From Bugula neritina (taxonomy: Eukaryota > Animalia > Bryozoa): a stretch of DNA of 64,000 nt. Of the stretch, positions 25,661 through 38,900 are shown piece after piece (positions within the stretch are counted from its first letter, which is position 1; the number at the start of each line of letters is the position of its first letter). The stretch spans positions 5,100,707-5,164,706 of the forward strand of contig OZ037767.1 in NCBI GenBank assembly GCA_964035545.1, in the 5' to 3' direction. Under the pieces are notes generated by a model. That model did not search any database. It worked only from the letters and a program-made list of their open reading frames with translations, and was not told the origin of the DNA. Made by a program: the position numbers and the translations under genes.

Positions 25661-28600
25661 TTTTAACAACACTAATAAAGAGGGTAACTCCGGTAAGCCA
25701 ATACATAGTTGTAACCAAAACATAATAATATTATGTGGGAGTAACACAATGCAAGGATCATTATTCAATGATAAGAATGTTTATAACATCAAGCAGCATC
25801 TTTGTGAGTCCTAGGAAAGGATCTTTATTTGTAAAATGTTATACCAGAGTCATGTCAACATGACTGAGCTAGTTGAAACCTATAGTACAAATTTTAGAAG
25901 ATAGCACTGCTTAGCACTCATGTTTTAATGATATATAAACCCTCCCACACACATTTTGTCATTTGAATTCGCACCCACAATTGTATAAAAATATTATTTT
26001 GTGTCACTGTTAGTCCCTTTTCTGGTAGTTTATAGTGTGGTTTGCTGTTATCTTCTTTGATTCACTCTTTCTAATTAATTGATCATTAAATTTGTGTTGT
26101 CTTTTCCATTTTTAGTATTTTCTCTTAATTTTAATAAATCTCTTTTGTAATCATGTAAAGTACAGGAAGAAAAAAAACTGGCGAGAGAGAAAAGCTAAAC
26201 TTAATCTACATTGTGACTAATTTCTTATTTGAATTGAAGACAGTTATAGCAAAATAGAAGTATTACACTCTATAGAAAATTAGAAAGAACCATTGCTGAG
26301 ATTAGATATAACGTTATTTTTATTGACGATAAGATTTACTACCCTGTGACTAGATATTATGTAATCATGAAACCACTCAACCTCACATGCCATTTCTGTG
26401 ATTAATTGGTGAAGTTTTAGATTTTATGAAGCTATTAACGGTGTGCAGTTGGGGGTAGCCGATGAACCCCCCCCCCCCTCCCCCTCATATTCATTTTCTG
26501 TATTCTAATCAGCCTTGATGTGAATAACATTTTAATGTGGTAGTTTATCCACATTGCCATTTCCTTCAAAAATTGGGGTCATATGAAAGTAAAAGTCATC
26601 TCCTGTGGGAGGTTGTAGCGCCTGTATTGATAACAAAAACTTTAGCACTTGGACTATCAGTTCGGTTTCCATCTCTTTATTTTCCTTGGAATTTCTGTAT
26701 TACCAGAGATCTGCTACCTGAGTTCTGACTAATGTTTTGAGACTATCTCAGCTTGACTTTAAATACATATTAAGCAAGTTTTTAAAAAGTAACATTGAAG
26801 GCAACTATAAACATAATTTAGGTAATAGAAAATATTTACATAAGAAGCAAGAGATTTGAAAAACCTCTCATCACAAAAGAGCATCAAAGTTTAAATGTAG
26901 AACTTCCTTTTCTTACAAGGAATTAGAATAATTATGTTATTAAAAGAGATAAGTATACCATAACTCCTTACATAGTTTGGTAGGTCATTAAAAATAATTT
27001 ATTATAATAATAATTATAGTATATTTTTACAATAGCAACAAAAGTTTCAAAAACGTTATGTTCAACAATAAATGATAACATAATGAATAACACAAGGATG
27101 CATTAATAGTGTGTTTACTGAGTATATGAAGCTACAATTTGTTGCTGCTACAAAATGTAAACTCATTATTCTTTATGATAAGACCATGGATTATATAATT
27201 TCAATTCACTCTCCTGGCAGTGAAGATGTATTTGTAAGTTATCATTCTTTGTTGATAATTACAATAGTATATTAACTATATATATTAAATTATGATTATT
27301 TCACACTTCTATGTGTACCATAGTGACACATTCATAATGATTTTGCATTAACTGCTTTATACTTTACAGTAATTCCCCACAAAGAATGTTTTGAATATAA
27401 GAATTACGGAATCATATGCAAGAAATTATTGCTTTTATTGGTATAATTATATTTATTATGTGTGCTGAGTAGCTTCTTAATTTGGTTAATGAAGAATAAA
27501 ACAAAGTTTTCATTTTGATATAAAATTCTTCACACTTTAAATTATTGCACTGTTATTTCAATAGATGAGTTGAAGAAGGATTTAATGAAGTAGCAAGGAG
27601 TAGGAAACTAACAATAAACAAGCTGATAATGTAACATGTGATATAGATTAATGACAAACCCATGAAAAAACAAATGACCAATAAATGCTTTCTGCTAAAC
27701 TTCTCACTTTGCCAAGTAGCATTTCTGTACAACATTCTTTTCTTGAAGAAAACGAAGTATTATCAGAATAATACATTATTGAGATATATTATGTATTAGT
27801 TTACAATTGTTTCCTTATAAGCTGCAACATGTGACATTTTTTACAATAGACACTTTAGTAACTGGTGGCTGCTCGTCTATAACACCTGAAAATAGCCACT
27901 ATAGTCTGTCAAGAAAGCGCAACCACTCAATCCGGTTGATGAGCCTAAAGAAGCTGATGGTGGTAAGTATTCTGAATTCAGAAAGTTTTATAAATTGAAG
28001 AGACTAAACACACGATTGCTGTTATGAAGTGCCTAGTGAACAAAATAACTCTATAACTTGAAAAATAGCTTTTAGTCAACAGTAATAATAATATACCTAA
28101 TAAGGAGAATATAATGCTGAAAATGAGGTTATAAAAACCTACGTACACTGACTGTTATGCAGCCTTGCTATGAGAACAAAATCAGAGGAAAAAGCATTTT
28201 GAACTTCCAAATATATTCACTTTTAGTTAATATAAACATATTGTTCTCTCACCTATCTCCGTTTTGTCCTGTTCGGGTAGTGGGATATTATATATAAGCT
28301 TCCTGTACAACTTTAAATACTGATGTATTAAAACCATATGATGAGATAGAAATAGATCTATAGATATATGCTATTTACAAACTATATCGAAAGTTTAGCT
28401 GCAGTAATAGAGAAATTTTCAAATTAAAGTCTGTGATCTATATTGTAAAGTAAGTCATGCTGAAGCAGGATCTTATAACACTCCCTATAAATCAAATATA
28501 AGTTGGGTCATTGAAATTTCTCTTCTATTGCACCCAATTACTCAATATTCCTTACCTTGATATTGTAAAACAGCCATAAAACATAATCAAACAAAAGTCA

Positions 28601-29984
28601 GCAGTAGAGATATTTGAAGTACATGTTGCAGATGTGCTATGTTTTGTAAAGCTTGAACCAGTTTAAGACTCAGTCTCAAACAAGAGCTTAAAAGCAGATT
28701 TCTAAATATTATGTTCCCTTGTTGTGTCCAAACAAATGAATAAAATTGGAACTCATTCAAATGGATTTCATAAGAAAGTTTAAACAGGCTGTCAATAGAT
28801 TCTGCTATACATTTCATACAAACTTTTACTTCAACTATTAATAATGTAACTTGCTTCAACCAATTGAGAATTCTTGTTTCATACCCATCAATTATCAATT
28901 TATTTTATGATCTAGGTCTTTTGCATAACCCACCGCCATTCTACAATTGAATACTACCATGCAGGTGTGTTGATGAAATACTCAGTCAACATAAAGATGA
29001 GCATAACAAATTATTCTCTGGAAGCTTCCATGATTCTTAACTACTTTATTGAAATTGATTCAACATATTATGACACTAGTTACTAACCAACCCAACCAAA
29101 TCTGATGAGTTAAAGTGGTGGTGAATTGCCTCCAACAGCAGGGCATTTTATCATTAATGCTTGTAATTACTTTATAATTCTTGATTTGAAGTATAAGCCT
29201 TTTAAAATTTATTCCGAAAAAAGCAATGAGAAGTATTCAAAGAACCATCGATTGATGAAAGTAATTCAGATGTTCATATATTTATAATGTTTCATATGCT
29301 TAAAACACGCGTTTTAGAAATTGTTGGTGCATATTTGAAGTAGATTTAATGATAATAAAGGTTTGATCAATAACATCTTATACAGATAATTTGGGATAGA
29401 TAAAATAAGAGTTGTCTTCCTTATAAATTAGACTTGACTGTTGAAACTTATGCTTCAATGAGCAAACCAATAAAAAATAAACAAATATTAAAGATTATAG
29501 ATAAATCTTTGAAGTCTTATATATGAGGTTATACCATTTACTAAAGAGTATACATCGTTGTACTGTAATCATTAGTTACTGCTTAGAAGAGCAATAGCGA
29601 GGGGGCAACTCTAAGAGCAATGTTTTTCAACACAACCGAAGTGTCATAAAAAGTTCATATCACAAAACATGCTATTTTTTGTGTAGATTTTTATGCGTGC
29701 AAAATTGCTTACTTTTTGGACTAAAATATTTCGTATAGATCGTAATCTTTGCTCGATTATACATTATGTTGTCAACTCAGGCTAGCAATGCCAAAAGAGT
29801 TTCACTAAAATCTAAATCAAAATGAACCAGCTAGACACCGCCAGACTTTATATTTATCTGTGCATGGATTACCGCAAGTGCAAGACATAATAGGATATTA
29901 TATACAGTTAAACTGATAAATAAAAATCAGGTTAGTTGTTGAAGCACTCGAACTCGATGGTTAAACTTGAAGTTAACCGTAACA

Positions 29985-31110
29985 CTAACTATAACTTACT
30001 AACTATAACTAACTCTAAGTATAAGTTGAAAAATGTTGAAACTAAAAGTAAAAGTAAATAGTATCGTATGACTATGAGATATGTTATGACTATTACGATT
30101 AGTATCACTATGAGTATCAGTATGACTATGAGTATGATACTTGTCTTATGAGTTATGAGTATCAGTACAAGAATCACTATCAATATCAGTGGACTAGGAG
30201 CATCACCTTTAAGTGAGTTTACCTATGGCTATTCTTAGTACTAGTAGTAGTTAATGTTATACTTATAGTATAACTTACTTTAAGTTTAACTTTAAGTATG
30301 ATTATGAGTATGAGTATGAGGATCAGTATCACTTACTCTTACTCTTAGTCTTAATCTGACTCTTAATCTTACAGTTTGAGTTACTGCTGGTGCTTGTAAT
30401 ACTTATACTGTTATAGTTATTATAACTTTAACTTATAAGTTATAGTTTAAGTTAAACTTAATGTTATGCTGATACTACAGTACTAGTACTAATAGTACTA
30501 GTGTATGGTGTTACTACTACTAGTCACAGTCACTGAGTGACTCAATTACAATCATAATCAGCATCACAATGAAAATGACAATCAGTATCACAATTTAATT
30601 TCAAAACCAATGTCAAACTCAATGTGTCATAGTAATCCTAATACAGTAATACTAATAGTAATAGTATTACTAATAGTATTGCTATTACTATTATATTTAG
30701 TCAGTGTCATTATGACTTTGAGTATGACTACTAGTATCATAGTGACTGTGATAGACTGATAATCATATGATGGTATCAATGAATGGGATACTTGCCCACT
30801 CTCAGACTTGCAAATCATAATGATAATGATAGTCATAATGTCAATGATGCTAATACTGATAAATGGCTTATAAATATAATGATACTGATAGTGATACTCA
30901 CACTCATAATAATACTGACTTTGTCTAGTGTGTACTGATGTCTAATTATCTATGGCTTATGAGTTGGTGATACTGATAAGAATCAGAATTAGTCATATTC
31001 ATAGTGATGGTAATAGTTATACTGATGACAATGCTAATAGTAATTGTTATAGTTATAGTTATACTGATACTTATAAGTATCAGTCATCAGTATGATGATG
31101 GGTATTACTA
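29985..31110. repeat. ACT/AGT/ATG-rich cryptic 3/6-periodic low-complexity tract
   Basis: Degenerate hexamers such as AGTATG, ACTATG, ATACTG and AGTTAT. Similar tracts at about 25010-25228, 45975-46500, 55085-55440 and 56125-56530. Confidence 0.8.
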
Positions 31111-32489
31111 CCTTTCCCCACCATTCACTCATTTAAGAGCAGTAGTGGAGGAATTGAGATAGCCTAAGTTATCGAATTTTTTATTGAATTTTGGTTTGGG
31201 GCGCTGATTAAAATTCTTGTGAGAGCATAACTTCTTTTGCTACATTTTTAACCTAAAACACCGGCTTTTCCTAATTTCTCCATAATTGCACTTACCTTCA
31301 ACTCAGTATATAGACATTCTGATATTGGTCCAAAAATATCTGCTTAGTATTTGGGCATGCAGCACACACATACTAACTGGAACAACTCGCTTAATAAAAT
31401 TACTCCATTATAATAATATAAAAGTATAAAAGCTTTTATAATTATAGAGGCGTTTTTCTTCTTTTTATAAATAATCTCTATAAATAGGTATGTATAAATA
31501 AAGCTTTCTAACTTATCCAAATGCATATATATCTAGATTGAATTTTGAATTTTTTGCAATGCTAAGAACTAAGTAATTTATCAATTTATAGATATGAAGC
31601 TAGCAAAAAATTGTTTTAGTAAAATTTTCACTTTTTTTACCGAATACTATACGTGTAGGCCTACGCCATAAATATACTAATAGTTTTATTATATTCTTTG
31701 TTTCCACTGCTTCGAATCTTCGGAATGGATGCTAGTAGGATAAATTTGCAGGATAAATTTGTGTTTGGGGTTTGCGAGACTTAGGCTATAGTTTTGGTTT
31801 CCTAACATCGGATGAAAATTCATTCTCGCAATTCGAAGCTTGGAAACTAAGCGATATTTAAACAGCCTCATTCTGAGTTGTTGACACACGTTTTGCTTGG
31901 GGCCACACTTGCCAGTCATGGCTGTAGAGTTCTATCTCACTGTGCTTGAGTGACACTGTGACTCAAGATTGACAGTAAGTGTAACTATTATAGCTGTAAG
32001 TTATTTATTCACTAAATAAGGTTTGATTGGCGAACAGTCAGATGAGTATTCAAAGTCATTTATCGTTTTTTGTTTTTCTGAGTTCACAAAATTTTAGCTG
32101 TGTTTTTTTAGTTTACCTGAAACCCAAATAATTGATAAATGCTTAGTCTTTATATTCCTGGTGTTTCTTAAATTTATATTTATTGAAGATAATTCAAATA
32201 TTTATTAAAGAAGCACTCCTTTTTAGATAATAATGAAAAATGTTAAAATTCAGGTATTTGTATAATAGATATGATGCTCAATGAGTGGATGACTTATGAC
32301 TCCATGCTAAAATATAGATTCTTAATTATATTAAAATTATAACTGTAATAATTACTGATATGACCACTGGAGAATAACAGGCTATTGATTGACTAAAAGA
32401 GTATGTAGTTGCAGTTTCTGTTTAACTTGAAATTATTCATGTATCTACAAATTGGAATTTTATTTCTACTCATGGGTTTTCTGTATTCC

Positions 32490-32620
32490 ATATTATGTAT
32501 GTATTCTGTGTTATGTATGTACCTATGTACGTATGTATGTACTATTATGTATGTATGTGTTATGTACATATGTATATGTTATGTATGTATGTATGTGTTA
32601 TGTATGTATATACGTCTATA
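32490..32620. repeat. (TATG)n degenerate microsatellite
   Basis: Directly visible; it explains the spurious ORFs at 32409 and 32452. Confidence 0.9.
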
Positions 32621-32903
32621 TAGATATCAATACATTTGACCATGTTATAGATTACTAAACTCTAGAGGGATGTTAATACAATTATGTCAAAGCACTATTA
32701 TTTATTATTATTTTCAAAGCAGGCTGTATTTGCTGCTGTATTTTGTTGTACTTGATGTTATTTGTGCAAGGCTTAGGTGTAATGTAAAAGTTGGTAACGT
32801 ATGGTTTGAATGACATATTGTTCCTGTATAACTTATTGATTTATATAATATATTGTAAATGTTTTATTATAGACCCAACTTTACTTGAATATATTGACAC
32901 ATA

Positions 32904-35900
32904 ATGTCTCTGTCAAAGAAAGCAGCAGAGAAAAGGTAAGAATTCATATCATTTTCAGGTTCTGACAATGAGTAAACTGGTTTAAAGGTTTTATTTTTTA
33001 CTCCTGAGAATAATATTTCTTTGAAATAAAAGGAAAAAGTGACAGAGCAGTGTGAAAATCGTCTGCCAACTCTTGCTATTTAGCACTTATTTGTTATGAA
33101 TTTATGTCTGTAAGCTTTAAATGCGTCAATTTTCTTTATTATGAAACAGTATTTAATTGAAAAATCTGTGACAGGTGATGAAATTTGTGTGAAATATCGT
33201 CAGTCCAGCCCCATAGTGTGTTGACGTATTGACAGAGTTTATTGCTATTCTCTCCTCAATTAGCTAATTCAAGTTTTAATTCACAGCTCCGTATACTTTT
33301 AGCTGCCCCATTATATTCATTTAGTTGCCACAACTGTCTACTGATGCATATGTTTGCTATATCTCATTGTAAATTTAGCTGTATTTACACTAACATGATG
33401 TGCTGGAGAAATTTTGAGATGTGTTTTGGTGATAGCAAAAGGTTATGCTCTTCTGCATTTTCAGACGTTTAGCGGAAAAGAGAAAAGAGCTGCGGAAGGA
33501 AAAGTCGAAGGAAGCGGCTCGTAACAGACGTGGTAAAGAGGGAGAGTTCTTTGCCGAACTTGCGGACACTCTTCCCCTCGCCAACAGTCTCAAACAGTCT
33601 CTGGACAAAAGCACTGTTATTAAGCTGTGCATCAACTATATGAGACTCAGAGAGTTGCTTCAAGGTATGTTGGCCAAAACGTTATTTTTTCTCCTCTTGA
33701 TTGAGATTTGACTGCGAAATATATATTTTTTAATTATTTTAGTCTTACAGAATTTTTAGAATGAAATTTAGCAAATTTATTAGTGTGAGAGTGTGCTTTT
33801 TTGTAATATTTGAGGTGAAGGAAAAGTTGACTTCAGGCTTTCTGCTCGGTTACTGTTGTTTTGTGTTTTCAGTAGGCTAATAATGTGCCATTCTGTTTTC
33901 TCACAGATGTGTTTCCAGCTACCAACGTGTCACAGAATCTGCCTCTCAATATATTCAGCATGAGAGATGAGTTTCAGTTAGTGCTGTCTCTATCTCCCTT
34001 TGGTGATATTGTGTATGCCACTGACAATGTTAAGGATCTTCTTGGTCTCTACCAGGTAATTTCACGATACATCATGTCTTACCACCCGCCTATTTCTAGC
34101 TTTAAGAAGCATGTGCTGGTTTCTGCTACCTCTCACAGACTTCCTGTATCTCACAAACTCACGCAGGTTTATAGTCGCTATCCCTGTGAGAAACCCCTGA
34201 CTTTGTGTTCACAAAGCAAAGCCTTAACCTCTAGACCACGACTGCTCCCTTTCACAGACTTCCTGTATCTGTGTTTTGAAAAAATGTTTTTGCGGCAGTC
34301 TTCAACCTCATTGGGTTAAAGTTATTTCTTCCTTTCACCTGAGCATGACTTTCATTACTATCAGTATGAACAGCAGTAAGTGTTATCTGTATGATAGATT
34401 TCACCATATCTGTATACTTGGGCCAGGCTGGGCATCGTAGATGCAAATTATTTGTTCATATTAAAAGTATTACTTGTGATATAAGTGATTTATTAGCTGT
34501 AAGATAAGTGGGCAGAGCTCTACTTGTTATTTATCCCTAAATATCTTATGGTTGACCGAGTCTTGAATCTCGGACCATAGGGTTTGCACCTAACAATTAT
34601 ATTACAATGCTTGTTTATTTGTTGATATTGTGTAATAAATATAAAGTATTTAGGGAAGCACAAGTTAGTATGTTATTATTTTGTTATTCTCAAAGTATGG
34701 TATGATCTACTGTGTGGATTCTTACAGATGATATGATTAGTTGTATGTATTCTTACGGGCAATATGATTGGTTGTGTGTATTCTTACAGACAATATGATT
34801 GGTTGTATGTATTCTTACAGTACGATATGATTGGCTGTGGACTCTCTACTTTAATGCATCCTTCAGACTGGAATGAATTTGAAGAGTTTTATAAATCTGG
34901 CGAATCCAGCATTTCTGTGACAGCTAGATTTAAATCGTCTCTGGCAGCCAAATCAAGGAGTACAGCTAATGGCAAAAACCCACAATATAAAGTATGTAAT
35001 ATGTAGGATTATGGAAATGTGTCACATGACAACAATAAGTAAGTGCCTGGGTATACTGAGAGCACGGATGGAAATATCTGCCTGGCTACCAGCTGAGTAG
35101 CTGTTGTTGCCATTCTTCATGTCACAATAGAACAGCCAGTCACCAGGGACTCGGATTGCTTACTGTTTTCCTTTTAATATTGTGGGATGTAAACTGATAC
35201 TTTACTAAAACCTGTAATGTTTGTAGTTTTCTGTAATATTGGTTCTAGCAGGTATTTGTTAGTCTCAGTGTTTCTAAGTGAAAGTAAGGAGAGGTGTTTC
35301 AAACCCCCACACCAAACTCGTATTTGGAAGCTTAAGCTAAACGAACGAATATTCACACCTCTGCTGTATTTTTCACTGAATGTCCTATCATAACCATAGC
35401 CTGTGCCCTTTGTAGACTGTGAAGTTTATTGGGCGAAGGCTGACCGCCCCATCTGGTAGTTCACCTGGTAAGGACTCTAAAGACGGTTGTGTTATACTGA
35501 CAGGGTCACCTGTGGAGACCCTCGCTGTCTCGGAGCAGGTTATTGACAGCATGACCTTCACCTGCAAGCACAAGCTCAGCATGCACCTGACCGACTGTGA
35601 CGAAAGGTCTGTGATTATCTTGAGTTGTTTGTTAACGTCTGTAACTAAGTATTCAGTAGGGATTAGCTGCAACAGCATTGCATTTGATGTGAAGGAATTC
35701 CCATTTTCCAAACTGGGTTGTCCATCACTCATTCATAGAGTTCATCTCTAAATATGCTGAAATTTACTTTTCACTTTTGTTGACATGTTTGATTAGTTTA
35801 ATCCAGCCTACTGGGTGGTTTTATTATTACAGATAGATAGACTACGCTAGACTGTCTACTGTCTATCTGCCTGTGGAAACATCCTCTAAATTTGTACGCC

Positions 35901-38900
35901 TCTGCGTTGATCCTGGTTGTTGATCCTGGTTGTTGAATCCTGGTTCATTCGTAGCCCAATATTCAAACATAGTAATAAATTTCAAATTGTACTAATAGGA
36001 ACTGACAAAGGCCAATTGCTGACTTTTTTCTAATGATTAGTGTTGGTTTTAGTCTTGGGGCTTCTTGTTTGTGTAGAATATGGTGGCAGATTTTAAGGAA
36101 GTATTACAGAATTTGATATTTGCCACCATATTTGTACACTGGAGTATAGACTAGATGTAACAATGTGTCCACATCAGCTGTTCACCAACTGAACTGGTAG
36201 CAGTACTAATCTGGCTGTAAGGTGGAGAACTGAGGCATACTAACATCTCCATAATTTGTTGTGTTGCTGCGATACTGACATATTCCCATCGATTTCATCA
36301 TCATTTCACGACTGGGTGATCACCCGCTAACACCATTCATTTCAAGCTGATTATTATACCTCAGTGAATGCAAGCAACACGTGCATGTTATACACGTGCT
36401 GCTAGTACTGGGTCGCTCATTCAATACTGCAGCTCTATTGTTTCTATCAGTAAATTCATGGCCAGCTTTTGATTATTTGTAGGTTCACTGAACTAACGAG
36501 ATACCCCGCGGGTTATGCTAAAGAGAAGTCATTCTATTCCTTCGTCCACCCAGGAGATATGAAGAGTGTAGAGACCCACTTCAAATCCTGTAAGTCGTTG
36601 CCCACAGTGTAGGTATATGAATATACTTGTTGTCTTTGTCTAGCCTCTCTTAATGTAGAGTAGGGGAGGGGGTAGCTGAAAGTAATGTGGCCACCGACTC
36701 TTTTGTCTTTAGATTTGGAGATAACATCACTGTAAATGTATAAATTTGATTCACTCTAGCACTTTCATTCACTGTAGCACTTTCATTTAATGTAGTATAC
36801 ACAAAGGGGGATTGGAATACCCTTCAGAGAAAAGGCTTATTCACGTCTGTGAGGAGCTAATATGTGTGACTTAGTCAATTTCAATGTTGCTAGATTTCTT
36901 ACATTCATGTCTCGCGGTGTTGTTGCTGATTTTGAGAAATACCACGGCACCTGTTAGAGCTAGCAAAATTTTGCTGTCTCAATAACTCTACCAATCAGAG
37001 CTATTGAATTTTGTCAGTTATTTGAATTGGAGAAAGAAACATTGTAGAAGTTCTTCTCTCTCATGTTGTGTGATAGATTAGACTGCTAATCACATGTCTA
37101 GATGGTGATTACTTGTGGTTTCTAGTCAGAAAAGTTTGCTAATACTGCAATAGTTTGCTAATGTCGGATAGATTACGAAATTTTGCATTTTGTTCAATTT
37201 TTTATATACTGCGGCAGTCAAATGTGTCAGTGGTGACATTGAGATGTGTCAGGTTGGGTGGCAAAGCACTGTTGCCATCTGGCTGTAGCCGGGCATATCT
37301 CCCTGCATCAGAACAGAACCTCCTAGCAAGGTTTTGAGAGTCTGACTCTTTGAGAAATAGGATTTGAGGTGTTGAACCTACCAAGGTTATTTGTGTTGAT
37401 ATTAAACTGTTTTTTTTTCTAATATTGTGAGTTAATATCTTCATAACCAACATGCAAATATATCGTGCATAAAATGTATTCCTTATTTTATGGAAAAGGG
37501 CAATAAACCACCAGCTCTGGAGAAAATCCAACAAAGTAATAACATCCAGTTACCACAGCCTGTCACATTTATGGTATTTCTCTTTTATTATTGCCAAATT
37601 AATTAGAATTTCGAAAGGCTTGGTTTTCATGAGTGTTTATTTGAGCACAAGGATGGGCAGGTTATTTTGGTTCTGATCCAGTTTAATTCATCACCCATCA
37701 CAAGAGCCATTTTATATTACGCAATAATAAAGCAAGAAAGATGTACAGAATACTGGTTTTGTGCTAAGCATCCTAAATCTATATCTACCTTTCACTGAGA
37801 GCTAGTCCAGCATAGGCATAATGCGATAGTACTATGTCACATGGTTTCCCATGGTATACATGGATGTTCCTTTCATCAGGTGAAATGATTCAGGTTGCCA
37901 AGTGTACAAACCCTCTAATATACCAGCATCTTCAGCACTATACCTTTTACTCCTTAGAACTGTTGGGAATAAGGCTTTGATGCCACTTTTGCTTCCTACA
38001 TATTGGTCTGTCAAACTGGCGTACTTTTTATTTTTGAATAATAATATACTGATGAGGGCCTATTAAGAGATGATGACAGGTGGCGCAAGGTGTCTTTGGT
38101 ATGTGCCAAGCTGCCACATCTATATATAGATATTCAGTGATTATGAAGTTGACAAAAGTACATTTTCACCATATCAGAGCTATTTGTGCCAGGCACAACT
38201 TCTTTACTGCCTATTTCAACACAATACATTGTGATCCATTGTTACCCATCACTTTGTTTGGATTTATGCCCTGTCCGCACTTGGATGTTGTTTTGAAAAA
38301 CACAAAAGTGATGCTTTTTGCTTCAAAAGCTTTGTGTATATTCAATAAGAATGCATGTAGTTTTTCGTGATACTTTTGGATTAGATTTACAGCAAATCCT
38401 GTAAAGAAATGTGCTTGTTTGGGTGTAGCGATTGCTAGACCACTCAGGTTATTGGTGCCAGTTTCAAGAAATGTAATTTATTCAGGTGTTTCTGAGGATG
38501 TAAACTTTGAAACTGTTTTGGTTTTCTAGTAACAGTGGCCATCAAATAACTAGCGTTCTGCCAGAAATGTGTACAGACACACCTTTGGCTGTGTTTACAG
38601 TAGGTTGTGATATTTGCAGTATACAGTAAGGAGACTATACAGACAGACCCTTACCGACTGCTCACTGGTTATGGAGGATATGTAGAGGTGATGACGGTGG
38701 CATCCCTTGTCAATAATCTGAAAACAGGCAAACCCGAGGCCGTCACAACTATCCATCATGTCATCTGGTATTTATTTTGTTTTTGTTTATGATTGATAGA
38801 ATATAAAATAATCATGTTTTTTATCAAGTAAAAATCAATAAATCAATTTTAATCCTGCTGGACATCTTACTCAGGGTGGTCTCTAAGGTCAAACTGGGTA

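Noticed and set aside
31945-31967. Iron-responsive element like that in the EPAS1 5'UTR
   Set aside because: A hairpin exists, but CAGTGT is on the antisense strand and the C-bulge plus 5-bp upper stem geometry is absent.
37202-38014. Nested antisense gene in HIF-alpha intron (110-aa and 60-aa ORFs)
   Set aside because: No recognisable motifs and no consistent exon chain.
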